This document shows positions 31,435 to 42,192 of a stretch of DNA of 64,000 nt, one piece after another. The notes below the pieces were generated by a model. It was not told the DNA's origin, made no database searches, and saw nothing but the letters and a program-made list of their open reading frames with translations. How positions within the stretch are numbered: the stretch's first letter is position 1; the number at the start of each line of letters is the position of its first letter. This DNA is from Syntrophales bacterium (GTDB taxonomy: Bacteria > Desulfobacterota > Syntrophia > Syntrophales > UBA6807): the NCBI GenBank assembly GCA_040767195.1, contig JAXGPA010000003.1:259045-323044 (forward strand), given 5' to 3'. Position numbers and translations under genes: made by a program.

Positions 31435-33261
31435 CTACCCGCGACGGTCTCCCTTTCGGGTGAGAGCCGCCATGCCGAGGAAGGCCATAATGAAAAGGAA
31501 AGCCGCCCCGGTCCCGGTGGAGAAAAACGAGCCTGCCGGCCCGGTCGTCCCCACGGTGTCGATGAAGCAGCCGCTGCTGCCGCCGCCGCCGGAAACTGCC
31601 GCCTGGGTTGGAACCGCTACCGCGCCGGGGTCTTTAATGATCCCGTTTTCAACCCCGTCGAGATCCGTCTTCGGGTCCCCGTCGGTCAGGCTGAGGGTGA
31701 TCCGGTTGTCGCCGTCGTTGCTTCCGAAAGGAATCTCGTTCCACCCCCCCGAGGCGCCGATTTTATAATATTCGGCGTTCACCGGCACGTTTCCGGGGAA
31801 AACGATGGTGACGGTCACGGTGGCGCCGCTGGCGACGCCGACCACGTCAAACCGGACCGTACCGAAAGGAAACGTTCCCTCCGGCTTGTTCACCTGGGAC
31901 ACTTCGGGGTCGTCCACCCCCAGAGCCCGGACATCGGAAAGCTGGCCTTCCGACGTGTGGATGAGGATCTTGTCCCCGCCGTTGGCCTGGCGGACCCGGG
32001 CCGTATCGGGATCCTTGTAATCGGGGATTCCATCACCGTCAAAGTCGGCCGTTTCGTCCGTCCCCTCCTCGCTGTCCAGGACGCCGTTGCCGTTCGAGTC
32101 GGTGCCGTCGATCGCCCCGTAGATGATGACCTTCTCCTGGTCCACGTAAGACCAGCCCGCTTCCAGAACGTTGATGTCCGTCGTTCCCTCGGGCAGGGGC
32201 TGAACCTTGATGATGGTCACCGTCTTCGTTGCCGCGCCGGCGTTGTGATCCCAGTCGTACTCATAGGGCCAGACAACGTCCTTGTTCTCCGCGCGGCTTG
32301 ACTGGTCGGGAGGCGACGGGGCTTTCTGGGGCGGCACGACCCGGAAGGGCCCCTCACCGTCGAGCTTGTTGTCCACGTTGAGAACGCCTGGATCCAGGGC
32401 CAGTCCTTCCCGCTTGAACGCGAGAATCATCTTCAGTCCCCCGGGGACGGCAATGGGGTCCAGGTGGTTCCGTCCCGCGCAGGAGGGCGCGGAATAATCG
32501 CACCAGCCGTCGGTCGGGTTCAGGGCCTGGTCCGCTTCGGGATCGTAATAGTACACCGATGACGGGTAGGGCCCGTTTACGGGATACATTTCGGGATCGG
32601 GGTCGTTCTCGATGGGGTGGTACTGGGACCACCCGTCGGGGGCATAGACCAGGATTCCCGTGGCAGAAGGCAACATGCCCGCATCCGCCAGGATGTCCTT
32701 CACCGGGGCCCCGGTGTACTGGGCATAGAAATCGCCGGACCGGGACGTGTTCATGAGGAGAAACTGGGTGTGCTGTCCCAGCGCCTGGACCTGGGCCTTT
32801 GTGTAAATCCTGTAGGGAGCTTCCGTCTTTCCCGGGTCATCGTTCGGGTCCCCGGGGAAACGATTGACAGCGATCTCCGCGAGGTTGTTGTACCCGTCAC
32901 CGTCCGAGTCGATCCCCTCGATCGCCCGCACCGCCGCTTCGTTCCGCCCCGCGTCGTGAAAGTCCTTCCCGTACTGGTTCATGGTGTCGAGAATGTTCCC
33001 GCTGGCGTCGTAGCCGTAAGTGTAGTGACACCACTGGCAGCTTCCCAGGCTGGTCATCTTTCCCTTGCTCTCGTAACTCCCCCCGCTGTGGCAGGTGGCG
33101 CAGTGATCCAGCTTGGTTCCCTTCTTGTCCGGATAGACGTTGAGGAATTTATCCGAGTCTCTTTCACCTTCGTGGTGATACGCCGCCAGACCCACCGCGG
33201 GCAGAAGCAAAAAACCGACAAGCCCGGCGATGACGGCCGCTATCCTGATTTTCCCTTCCAT
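31435..33261 (-). CDS. Secreted diheme c-type protein (GEGP-motif type) with Asp-rich repeats and a C-terminal sorting signal
   Basis: Signal peptide; CATCH and CQWCH; LDGEGPFRVVPPQ; DxDxDG motifs; C-terminal GGGGSSGCFI + TM helix + basic tail. Confidence 0.75.
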   Translation of the reverse strand: MEGKIRIAAVIAGLVGFLLLPAVGLAAYHHEGERDSDKFLNVYPDKKGTKLDHCATCHSGGSYESKGKMTSLGSCQWCHYTYGYDASGNILDTMNQYGKDFHDAGRNEAAVRAIEGIDSDGDGYNNLAEIAVNRFPGDPNDDPGKTEAPYRIYTKAQVQALGQHTQFLLMNTSRSGDFYAQYTGAPVKDILADAGMLPSATGILVYAPDGWSQYHPIENDPDPEMYPVNGPYPSSVYYYDPEADQALNPTDGWCDYSAPSCAGRNHLDPIAVPGGLKMILAFKREGLALDPGVLNVDNKLDGEGPFRVVPPQKAPSPPDQSSRAENKDVVWPYEYDWDHNAGAATKTVTIIKVQPLPEGTTDINVLEAGWSYVDQEKVIIYGAIDGTDSNGNGVLDSEEGTDETADFDGDGIPDYKDPDTARVRQANGGDKILIHTSEGQLSDVRALGVDDPEVSQVNKPEGTFPFGTVRFDVVGVASGATVTVTIVFPGNVPVNAEYYKIGASGGWNEIPFGSNDGDNRITLSLTDGDPKTDLDGVENGIIKDPGAVAVPTQAAVSGGGGSSGCFIDTVGTTGPAGSFFSTGTGAAFLFIMAFLGMAALTRKGDRRG

Positions 33262-33271
33262 GGATCACCTC

Positions 33272-34792
33272 CTAAAATCCTATTTGAAATCTTGCTGTTA
33301 TGACATCCTCCCTGTCGCTGTACAGGGCGGTTCCCGTCATGGAATCCCGCTGGATCAGGAGGGGCCGGTCGAACTCGGTCCGGGTGTAATCGATAATGAA
33401 CCGGCAGTTCGCGTTGAGAAACCAGTTGAGGGCGATGGAATAGGCCGTGGCCTCGCGAACCGAATCCCCGGCGTTGATCACCGTGTCGTAAACGGATTCG
33501 TCGGCTTCGAAGACATCATAGCGGACCGCCAGTCCGAGAGCGCCCCACCCCCCCTCGAAGACGCTCTTCCCGGGCGCGACGGGTCCGACGGTTGCGCCGT
33601 CAAGGCTTGGCCTTTCTCCCGTGATCATCCAGAGAAGGGCGATGTAGTAATCCTCCATTTCAAGATCGAACCGGCTGGAGCTCGTCACGATGTCCCCGTA
33701 TCGAATGCGGAAGTACTCTCCCGTGGCCAGGAACGGCCCGGCGGCCCAAGCCAGTTCGGCGCCCAGCCTGGAGCGGTCGCCGGCCTCGCGGATGATGTTG
33801 AACTTAGCCGAGGCAGCCACGTTGAAGAACGTCGTCATCCCCGCTGTTTTGACCTCGCACTGGACGTTGTTCCGGTCGATGGAGGCATGGCTGAACGAAC
33901 CGCCCACAAGCAGGTTTTCCGTAAGGGGAGACTGGATGAATCTCAAGGGGAAGAGGGCGACGCGGCCCGTTATTTCCGGCGAGTCCACATCCCCGCCGGT
34001 GGCGTCGTCGAGACCGTCACCGTTGAATATGCCGGCGGCATAGTTTACGGCGCCGTCCCAGAGGGACCCGTGGGCCATGACACCCACATCCCGCTGCGGT
34101 GTCAGGTAGTATCCCATGGACCGCTCCGCGAAAAAGAGGTTCTTGTCCCGGGAGCTTTGTTCGAGGCCGAAAGGCTCCTTGAACTGACCGGCGCGGACAT
34201 TGAGGGAGGGGGACATCCCGGCGCCGGCGTAGGCGTCCAGCAGGCGGCGGGTTCCGGCGCCCTGGAACTCGTATTCGAACTTGTAGTCGAAGTAACGGAG
34301 CACCTTGCCGCTCAAGATGAGGCGGACCCGGCGCAGGTCGAACCGGTCCTTGCCGGGGTCGGCGTCCTGATATTCAAAATACCGGTAATCGGCCTGGAGA
34401 AGGCCCCCGATGCAAAGCGAATAGAGATCCTTTGTCCGGGAGGAAAAACAGAAGCCGTTGCGATAAAAGGTTTCCAGGGGTTCCCGGGCGGGACCGCCCT
34501 CATCGGCGGTAACGGCGTCAACCGGGCGACCGGCCATTTCCTCTAGCCTTTTTTCCCTTTCCTCTACCGCCTGCTCTCTTTCCTCGATGGCCCGCCGCTC
34601 CTCCTCCAGGTGTTTCCGTTCCTCCGAGAGGGTCGCCCGGATGGCCGCCGCCTCGGAAGAGCTCAACGTTCCCTTGCTCTCGAACAGCTCGACGAGCTGT
34701 TCGAGAGCCCCCCCAACATTCTGCGCGGGACAGGCCGCAGGCGCCAGAAACAGGGTAAAGGCCGCGAAGATCGACAAAAGATAAAAATACAT
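33272..34792 (-). CDS. Outer-membrane porin, OprO/OprP-like
   Basis: Signal peptide, N-terminal coiled coil, FDLRRVRL, GQFKEPFGLE, RDVGVM, AGIFNGDG, terminal RFQIGF. Confidence 0.8.
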   Translation of the reverse strand: MYFYLLSIFAAFTLFLAPAACPAQNVGGALEQLVELFESKGTLSSSEAAAIRATLSEERKHLEEERRAIEEREQAVEEREKRLEEMAGRPVDAVTADEGGPAREPLETFYRNGFCFSSRTKDLYSLCIGGLLQADYRYFEYQDADPGKDRFDLRRVRLILSGKVLRYFDYKFEYEFQGAGTRRLLDAYAGAGMSPSLNVRAGQFKEPFGLEQSSRDKNLFFAERSMGYYLTPQRDVGVMAHGSLWDGAVNYAAGIFNGDGLDDATGGDVDSPEITGRVALFPLRFIQSPLTENLLVGGSFSHASIDRNNVQCEVKTAGMTTFFNVAASAKFNIIREAGDRSRLGAELAWAAGPFLATGEYFRIRYGDIVTSSSRFDLEMEDYYIALLWMITGERPSLDGATVGPVAPGKSVFEGGWGALGLAVRYDVFEADESVYDTVINAGDSVREATAYSIALNWFLNANCRFIIDYTRTEFDRPLLIQRDSMTGTALYSDREDVITARFQIGF

Positions 34793-34879
34793 GGACACCC
34801 CCCCGGGGAAGAAAAGAACCGCTGCCCTGAGTACCAGGAAATCATTTCAGGAAGCCTGGAACCGTGTCTCGGGATAGGC

Positions 34880-34920
34880 AAATAATTATCAAGACATAAT
34901 ATGTAAGTCAAGACATGTTT
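34880..34920. promoter_or_regulatory. Candidate operator/promoter upstream of the porin-diheme operon
   Basis: TCAAGACAT twice, the first copy overlapping the palindrome ACATA-A-TATGT; TTGACT on the minus strand. Confidence 0.35.
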
Positions 34921-35114
34921 CAGGGGGGTCCATTATTTTTAACATTATTAATTAAAACTAATTGATTATAGGAGACAGGCGGTGTGTCCGGTGACATTCC
35001 CAGGCGAGGGAGGCTGACGCCCCGCTTCGGCCATCCCGGTCCGGGCCGTTTTCATTTGTGGGCCATTTAACCAGGATGGCCGCGATCCGCGGAACGATCT
35101 GCGCTGAAATAGTT

Positions 35115-35990
35115 TTATGCTCTCAGATACCTATTAAACCAGTCCAGGCACCGGTTCCAGGCGTCCGCCGCCGCTTCGGCCCGGAAGCTGGGCCGGTAGT
35201 CGGCGAAAAAGGCGTGGGGCGCGTCAGGGTAGACAACGAACTCGGCGGTCACGCCCGCTTTCACCAGGACCGATTCGAGGGCCTTCACGTCCCCCGTCGG
35301 GATGCCCAGGTCCGCCCCGCCGTACAGGCCGAGAACGGGAACCCTGATCTTGTCGGCCACGTCGAGGGGCCCGAAGGTCCGCACCCCCGGCGTCAGGGCG
35401 GGACGGATCTGGCCGTACCAGGGAACGGCCGCCTTCAGGGCTGTAGTGTGTGCAGCGAAAAGGAGGGTGTAAAGACCGCCCCGGCAGAATCCCGTCACGC
35501 CGATCCGCTCGCCCTGGGCCGACGGGTGCCGGGCCGCGTAGGCCGTGACGGCGTCCAAGTCGCCCATGACCCGGCCGTCGGGAACGGCGTTGGCCACCTT
35601 CAGCGTGGCGGCGATGTCCGGAAGATGCAGGACGCCGCCCTCCCGGGCATAGGGTTCGAAGGTGACCGCCAGGAACCCCTCCCGGGCGAAACGGCGGGTC
35701 ACGTCCCGGATGTGCTCGTGCATCCCGAAAATCTCGGGGATGATGAGGACCACCGGGTATCTCCCCGCCGCCGTCGGCCGGGCCTCGTAGACAGGAACGG
35801 GAAACCCCCCGGAACCGACCGAGGTTTCCGCGATGACGAGGTCCTCCACGGGTGTCCGGATCACTTTTCCCGCCACCGGCGTGGCGGCGACGGCAAATCC
35901 CGCCAGCCCGACCCCGGCGGCGCCGATGGACGCCATGAATTCCCGGCGCGACAGTCCCCCATACGCGTTTGCCAGCCAATCCTCCACCAT
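35115..35990 (-). CDS. Dienelactone hydrolase family protein with Tat signal
   Basis: SRREFM twin-arginine motif, PEIFG, GFCRGG, HAFFADYRPS. Confidence 0.88.
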   Translation of the reverse strand: MVEDWLANAYGGLSRREFMASIGAAGVGLAGFAVAATPVAGKVIRTPVEDLVIAETSVGSGGFPVPVYEARPTAAGRYPVVLIIPEIFGMHEHIRDVTRRFAREGFLAVTFEPYAREGGVLHLPDIAATLKVANAVPDGRVMGDLDAVTAYAARHPSAQGERIGVTGFCRGGLYTLLFAAHTTALKAAVPWYGQIRPALTPGVRTFGPLDVADKIRVPVLGLYGGADLGIPTGDVKALESVLVKAGVTAEFVVYPDAPHAFFADYRPSFRAEAAADAWNRCLDWFNRYLRA

Positions 35991-36325
35991 GATGGACTCC
36001 TTTCCCCTTTCCAGGAACGTTGAGACGAACATTACGGGCCGTGCACCACCGGGCACTCGCGTTTTTCCAAAAGCGCCGGTGCGCGGCAGCCCTTTCTGTC
36101 GGCGCCGCCCCTTCGCCCGGGAAGCCGCGATGAACACGTCCGGAAAGACGAGAGGCCGGGCTGAAGACAGCGCGCCGCCAAATCCTGACAGCTATCATAT
36201 CCACGACCGGAAGAGGGATCAAGATACATTTGTAAATCCGCCAGGGGCCTGGACCGGATTTTTCTCAAGCCTTTCCTGGAGCCGCTCGTTCCGGCATCCC
36301 GGAAAAAGATTTCCCCTTCTTTCGA

Positions 36326-39300
36326 TCATATTTTTCGGCACCCGGGACCGGAAAGAACGCTTCGTCCGCCGGCACCCGGAATCACCCGGATCTGCGTTCC
36401 GATCCGCTCCCGCACGGCCGGGACATGGGAGATGACGCCGATGAGCTTCCCCTCCCGGCGAAGGCTCATGAGGGCTTCCAGGGCCGTTTCCAGGGAGTCG
36501 TCATCCAGGGTGCCGAACCCTTCGTCGAGAAAGAGGGAATCGACGGGCACGTTGCGGCTGGCCATGAAGGACAGGCCCAGCGCCAGGGCCAGGCTTGCCA
36601 GGAAACTTTCCCCGCCGGAAAGGTTCCTGGTGGAGCGGATCTCGCCGGCCTGATAGTTGTCGACCACGCTCAGTTCCAGCGGCTGGGCGGGGTCGCGGAT
36701 GAGCAGGTACCGGTCCGTCATCTTCATGAGCTCGCTATTGGCGTGGGCGATCATCATCTCGAACGTGAGACCCTGGGCGAAATTACGAAACTTCCTGCCG
36801 TCCGCCGAACCGATGAGGCTGTGCAGGTCGTCCCAGCGGGCGCATTCCCTCCGGGCGCCTTCGACCTTTTCAAGAAAGGCCTGTTTCTTCTCCCGGTTCG
36901 CCGCATTGTCGAGGAGGCTCTTCCGGATTCCCCCGATGTCCAAGCCAACTTGTCTCAACTCGGATTCGCAGCTCTCCAGCCGATCCCCAACGGCTTCCGC
37001 GGTCATGTCCGTCAACTGTTTTGCCCGCTCCGCCTCCAGGGCCGCTTGCCGGTCTTTCCGGGCGGTGTCGATTTCCGTTTTTTCCCGGACCAGGGACGCC
37101 TCCCGTTCTTCCAGGGTCTTCCGTTCATTCTCGTCAAGTCGGGACGAGAGGAAGCCGGCCTCATCGGCGAACCCCGCCGCCCCGATCTTTTCCATGAACG
37201 CCCCATCCGCTGCGGCGAGCTCCCCCGCCCGGTATTCCGTCTTTCCTTTCAGCGCGGCGATCATGCTTTCCAGGGTGGCCTTTTTCTTCTCGATCCCATC
37301 CAGGGCCTCCCGCGTCTTTTCAAGGTCCTCTCCCGCTTTCTCCACAGCGGTGGCCAGGCGCTTTTCCTCGTCATCGGGACGCTTCTCTCCGAAAAGGGCC
37401 TGCCGTTCCGCGAGAAGGGCCTCGTGAGCGCCGTGAAGAGCGTCCCGTTCTTTCCGCCGGGCGGCAACCTCTTCCTCCAGTCCCGCCAGGCGCGTCCGAA
37501 TTTTCTCCAGGTCGGCCTTCTCATCGGCGACCCTTTTTTCCTGCCGGGCCTTTTCCTCCCCCTTCGCACGCCAGGCGGCTTCCCGGGCAGCGAGTTCCCC
37601 CAGGACGGCGTCAAGATCCGTCGGCTTTGCGCCGTCGACGCCGAAGGGTTCCATGTCCTTCAGGACGGCCAGCCGGGCCTTTTCCACCCCGTCGGCCAGG
37701 GCGGCCTCCTCCCGGAGGCTTCGCGCCTCTTCCCGGGTCGCACTTTCCAGCCGGTGCCGGGCCTCCTGGAGAGCCCGCGCCGATTCCTCGACGTCTCTTC
37801 TCAATTTTTCCAGTTTTATCCGGGCTGCCCTTTCCTTCTTTCCCTTCTCTTCCGCCCGGGCGAGAATATTCGACGCCTCGGCGATTTCCGACCGGACGGC
37901 GGCCAGCGCCGCGTCCAACTTTTCCGCCCGGCCGTCCGGCGGGGTCTCCACCTCCAGCTTCGACAGGACGGCGGCAAGCCGCTCTCCCTCCCTTTCCAGC
38001 CCCTCTTTTTTCAATGCCCGCTCCCTGCGGCCGTGCCTCAGGTCCGCCGCCACGCCCTCCCGGCGGCTCCCCAGCCTCCCCAGGGTTTCCGACGCCTCTT
38101 TCAGGGCGTTTCTCGCCTTCTTCAGGGCCGTCTCCTCCTTGTCGAGGGCGGGAACCCGGCCTCTCCCATAGGGATGCTCCGTGGCCCCGCACAGGGGGCA
38201 GGGCCGGCCGTCCTCGAGCCGCTCCCGCTCCTCTTCGAGGTCGCGGACACGGCGGAGATGGGCGACCCGGTCTTCCAGGGCGGCGGCCTCCTTCTCCAGG
38301 CTCTCCTTGCGGCCGGACAACCGGGCCTGCTCCGCCGCCAGTTCCCGATCCTCACCTTCCAGGGTTTCCAGGGACGTTTCCAGGTCTTTCACGGCGGCCG
38401 CCGTTTTTTCGATCCCCTCCGCCGTCTCGCCGGCCTCCATGATGAGACGCTCCCGTTCCCGGAGACGCTCCTGTCCCCGAAACCACTCGTCCGGTTCCCG
38501 CCCCCGCAGGACGGCGGCCAGGTCCGAGGCGATGCTTTCCGTCTCCCGCCGCGTCTCCTCCCAAGCGCGGTCGTTTTTCTCGTGGTCCTTTTCCGCCCGG
38601 CTGCAGGCGCCCGAGGCGGCCGCCTTCGACGCCGCCTCGGCCCGTGAGGACTCGCGGGCCTTCTTAAGAGCGTCATCCCTGTCCCGAAGGTAAGCCACCC
38701 CCCGTCCGATGAGGGGGAGCCGGGACGACAGGGCGGCGTCGGCGCCGTGGGTTGCCAGGTATTCGGCGAGCCCCTCCAGGACGGCCAGGGAGTCTTTCAG
38801 CGCTTTCTCGCCCGTCCGGATGTGCTGCCCATAGGCCTTTTCCTGTTTTTCGAGATCCAGGACCGCCCGGCCCGTCTCGTCGAGCTGGCGTTTTCGCTCG
38901 CCCAGCCGGGCATCGAGATCACGGACCCGCCGGATGATCTCCCCCTGGGAAGCGAGGCGCGCCCTTTCTTCCCCCAGCCGTGCCAGGGCAGCCTGTCTCG
39001 CCGAAAGGGCCTCCTGCCGGGCTATCTCCGTTTCAGGGAAGGAAGAGGAAGCGGATTCCAGTTCCGCCATGTCTCTTGCCTGCTCGGCCCGCAGTGCCCG
39101 CACGGTGCCGTAGGTCCCCTCGCAGGCGAGGGCTTTGCGCGCTCTCGCCAGTTTTTCCCGGGCCGGGCCGAAGGCACGGTCCCGTTCCTCCAGGGCTTCG
39201 GCCCGGCTCACCAGGCCGCCGATCTCTTTTTCCAGGGCCGCCAGGGTGTCGAGCCAGGCTTGGGCCTTCCGCAGCGTGTCCCGGGCTTCCGCAAGCCCCC

Positions 39301-39997
39301 CCTCCCGGGACTGCAGCGTCGTGAGGGAAGCCTCGAGGGCTTTTTCCTCCTCTTCCTCAAGGATGGAAATCCCCCTGGTCTCCGCCTGGAGGAGCTTCAG
39401 GTTCTCCTGTTCCTCGCCGCGCCTGCGGTGAACGGCCATGGAGATGCGGCTGTAGATCTCGGTGCCCGTAATCTGTTCGAGAATGGGGGCCCTTTCGCCC
39501 GGCGACGCCTGGAGAAAAACGGCGAATCCCCCCTGGGCGAGAAGCATGGAACGGGTGAACCGGTCGAAATTCATTCCCGTCACCTTCTCGATGAAGGCGC
39601 CCACCTCGGCGATCCGGGATTCCAGAACCTTTCCCGTAACGGCGTCGGCTATTTCGTGCCGGGACTGCTGCAGCTCCCCGTCGGGCCGTCTCCGGGCCCG
39701 GTGCTGGCTCCAGTGACACCGGTAACGGCCCCGCCGGGTCTCGAAGGTGACTTCTGAAAAACAGTCGCCCGTCTGGCGTGACATGAGGTCGTTGGCGCTT
39801 TTGGTGACCCTGTCCAGGCGGGGCGTCCGGCCATAGAGGCCGAGGCACAGGGCGTCCAGAATAGTTGTTTTCCCGGAACCCGTGGGGCCCGTGATGGCGA
39901 AAACCCCGTGGGACTCGTAGTCGGGGTGGGTGAAGTCGATGTGCCACTCCCCGGTCAGGGAATTCAGGTTCCGGAACCGCACGGAGAGGATTCTCAT
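36326..39997 (-). CDS. sbcC: SbcC (Rad50-like ATPase)
   Basis: GPTGSGKTT, LAQGGF, CPLCG zinc hook, long coiled coils, LSGGESF, LFLDEGFGTLD. Confidence 0.93.
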   Translation of the reverse strand: MRILSVRFRNLNSLTGEWHIDFTHPDYESHGVFAITGPTGSGKTTILDALCLGLYGRTPRLDRVTKSANDLMSRQTGDCFSEVTFETRRGRYRCHWSQHRARRRPDGELQQSRHEIADAVTGKVLESRIAEVGAFIEKVTGMNFDRFTRSMLLAQGGFAVFLQASPGERAPILEQITGTEIYSRISMAVHRRRGEEQENLKLLQAETRGISILEEEEEKALEASLTTLQSREGGLAEARDTLRKAQAWLDTLAALEKEIGGLVSRAEALEERDRAFGPAREKLARARKALACEGTYGTVRALRAEQARDMAELESASSSFPETEIARQEALSARQAALARLGEERARLASQGEIIRRVRDLDARLGERKRQLDETGRAVLDLEKQEKAYGQHIRTGEKALKDSLAVLEGLAEYLATHGADAALSSRLPLIGRGVAYLRDRDDALKKARESSRAEAASKAAASGACSRAEKDHEKNDRAWEETRRETESIASDLAAVLRGREPDEWFRGQERLRERERLIMEAGETAEGIEKTAAAVKDLETSLETLEGEDRELAAEQARLSGRKESLEKEAAALEDRVAHLRRVRDLEEERERLEDGRPCPLCGATEHPYGRGRVPALDKEETALKKARNALKEASETLGRLGSRREGVAADLRHGRRERALKKEGLEREGERLAAVLSKLEVETPPDGRAEKLDAALAAVRSEIAEASNILARAEEKGKKERAARIKLEKLRRDVEESARALQEARHRLESATREEARSLREEAALADGVEKARLAVLKDMEPFGVDGAKPTDLDAVLGELAAREAAWRAKGEEKARQEKRVADEKADLEKIRTRLAGLEEEVAARRKERDALHGAHEALLAERQALFGEKRPDDEEKRLATAVEKAGEDLEKTREALDGIEKKKATLESMIAALKGKTEYRAGELAAADGAFMEKIGAAGFADEAGFLSSRLDENERKTLEEREASLVREKTEIDTARKDRQAALEAERAKQLTDMTAEAVGDRLESCESELRQVGLDIGGIRKSLLDNAANREKKQAFLEKVEGARRECARWDDLHSLIGSADGRKFRNFAQGLTFEMMIAHANSELMKMTDRYLLIRDPAQPLELSVVDNYQAGEIRSTRNLSGGESFLASLALALGLSFMASRNVPVDSLFLDEGFGTLDDDSLETALEALMSLRREGKLIGVISHVPAVRERIGTQIRVIPGAGGRSVLSGPGCRKI

Positions 39998-41238
39998 GGC
40001 CCGGACTCCTTCGCCCTTTCGGGATCTTCCTCGTTCAGGAACACGAGGATTTCCTCATAGGCCGCCCGGAGCGCGGCCCGGGCCTCCCCGGGAACGCCAT
40101 GGGCGTCGAGACAGCGCTGGAACACCTCCGTCACGCCCAGGTCGTCCAGGGTCTCCCGGGTGTCCATCCCGTCGAGGACCCGTTCCAGGACCCGGGTGTT
40201 TTTGACCCGGAGGATTTCGAGGCCGCTCCCCTCGACGGACTCTTTCAGCCGCGCCTGCAGGTCGCCGGCGATGTCCTCCCCCTCGTAGACGATCTCGAGC
40301 CAGGCGGTGCTCCCGCCGGCCTTGAGCCTCTCGATTTCCCGGGACAGGCAGGTCCAGTCTCCCTTCAGGCTTACGAGTTCCTGAAACCGCGGGACCTCGA
40401 CGGTCCTGACGGTCTTCCCATCTCCGGCAATCTCGAAGATGACCACGCTCTTACCCGACCCCCTTTCCCCGAACCCCAGGGGCAGGGGCGACCCCGAATA
40501 GCGGATGAACGGCGAGCCCCCCACGGGCTGGGGTATATGAAGGTGACCCAGGGCCAGGTAATCGATCCAGGGGGGGAAGACATCGGTGCCCACCTGGAGG
40601 AGGGTCCCGATGTAGAGTTCCCGGACGCCGTCGCCGTCCATGGTGAGACCGCCGGCGGTGAAGAGATGCCCCATGGCCACGATGGGGACGGGTGTTTTCA
40701 GGGTCGCGCGAAGACCCATGGCCGCCTCGTGGACCCCGTGGTAATGGGCCCGGATTCCCGCGACGATTTTCCGCTCCTTTTCGGCAACGCTCTCCCCGGC
40801 TTCGGCGGTGCGGATGTCCCGGTCCCTGAGGTAGGGAACGGCGCACACGATGAGCCGGGGGTCCCCCCGGGAATCGGTCAGGAGGAGGACTTCGTCGGCC
40901 GGGTCCGGCGCCGCCCCCCCCACAACATGGATGTTCAGGGATTTCAAGAGCTCCCGGGGAGCTTCCAGGAAAGACGGGGAATCGTGGTTCCCCGCCGTGA
41001 CGACCACGTGACGGGCGGGAGAGGCCGCGGCGCGGCACAGGAAGCGGTAATAGAGCTCCTGGGCGCGGTTGCTCGGGGCGGTGTTGTCGAAAACGTCCCC
41101 GGCCACGAGAAGAACGTCGATACCCTCGTCATCCAGGAGGTGTGCCAGCCAGTCGAAAAAGGATTCGAACTCGACGTATCTCTTCCGGCCGTGAAGGGCG
41201 CGGCCGATGTGCCAGTCCGACGTGTGAAGGATTTTCAT
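39994..41238 (-). CDS. sbcD: SbcD (Mre11-like nuclease)
   Basis: HTSDWHIG, AGDVFD, AGNHDS, YLALGHLH, RYSGSP. Confidence 0.94.
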   Translation of the reverse strand: MKILHTSDWHIGRALHGRKRYVEFESFFDWLAHLLDDEGIDVLLVAGDVFDNTAPSNRAQELYYRFLCRAAASPARHVVVTAGNHDSPSFLEAPRELLKSLNIHVVGGAAPDPADEVLLLTDSRGDPRLIVCAVPYLRDRDIRTAEAGESVAEKERKIVAGIRAHYHGVHEAAMGLRATLKTPVPIVAMGHLFTAGGLTMDGDGVRELYIGTLLQVGTDVFPPWIDYLALGHLHIPQPVGGSPFIRYSGSPLPLGFGERGSGKSVVIFEIAGDGKTVRTVEVPRFQELVSLKGDWTCLSREIERLKAGGSTAWLEIVYEGEDIAGDLQARLKESVEGSGLEILRVKNTRVLERVLDGMDTRETLDDLGVTEVFQRCLDAHGVPGEARAALRAAYEEILVFLNEEDPERAKESGP

Positions 41239-41418
41239 GGGGGAGAGGACCTGTTCGCGCTTTCCCGGATCGGCATTGTTCTTTTGTTCACTTCATCTCC
41301 CGCGCCGGGTGACCGGCACGGTCGTCGGCCCTCGATCCGAGGCGGGGTTCTTTTGGCGAATTCCGACGGCCCGTGCTTGCGGCCTTCCCGATCGAAGCCC
41401 GCAGCGGCAAGCCGTTTT

Positions 41419-42192
41419 TCACAGATCCGACAATTTTTCCTCGAGGCGCCTCATGGCATCGATCACCGGCGGCTCGTAAAGCAGGTAGCTCTGGACGGGG
41501 TACCGGGTTCCTTTTTCCTGGGTTTTTTCAAGGCCGTCCAGGAGGGATTCGGCCCTGTCCGCCGGGAAAGTGAAAAACATCTCCCATTCGTCCGTCCCGG
41601 CGAGCATCCGCTCGCCCCGCCCGGGATGGACCAGGGCGGGCTTTCCGGTAAAATGCGGTTTCACCGCGGACAGGCAAGACAGGCCGAAGCCCGTCGTTTT
41701 CGACGCGATGAGTTCCCCGCCGTGATACACGTAGCCGGCGGCCAGCCGGGCCATCTGGGCCGGGGTCCCGTAGACGACGATGACATCGGGGGAAACGGGA
41801 GCGAGGTCCAGGGGAAACAGGGTCACGGCGGCGATTTTTCCCGGCGGTATGAGGCCCATTTCCGCCACGGCCCTGCGGGCGCCTTCGGCGTCGCTGAAAT
41901 ACCCCATGTCCATGAGATACGCGGCAAGGTGCCCGGGGTCTTTCAGAGCCTTGAACCCCAGGGCGGCGAGACAGCCGGCGCAGTTGATGTCCGCCGCCGT
42001 CGCCCCGAGGACCCGGCCCCACCGCCTGGCCATGGTCGTCCACTGGCACAGGGAGATCCGGATCCCGTATTTGGCCGGCCTCACGGCCCCCTCGGGCAGC
42101 GTTTCGCCGGCCTTGAAGAACTTCAGGCCGAGCGGGTGAGACTGGGGGCGGATCATCCTGGACAACGCTTCCGAAATCTTCCTGCAGTCCAT
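41419..42192 (-). CDS. DUF169 family protein
   Basis: PLGLKF, SLCQ, INCAG, PDVIVVYGTPAQMARL pattern. Confidence 0.75.
   Translation of the reverse strand: MDCRKISEALSRMIRPQSHPLGLKFFKAGETLPEGAVRPAKYGIRISLCQWTTMARRWGRVLGATAADINCAGCLAALGFKALKDPGHLAAYLMDMGYFSDAEGARRAVAEMGLIPPGKIAAVTLFPLDLAPVSPDVIVVYGTPAQMARLAAGYVYHGGELIASKTTGFGLSCLSAVKPHFTGKPALVHPGRGERMLAGTDEWEMFFTFPADRAESLLDGLEKTQEKGTRYPVQSYLLYEPPVIDAMRRLEEKLSDL

Noticed and set aside
36326..41238. sbcCD as an SMC-type defence system
   Set aside because: Canonical two-gene SbcCD with no accessory genes.
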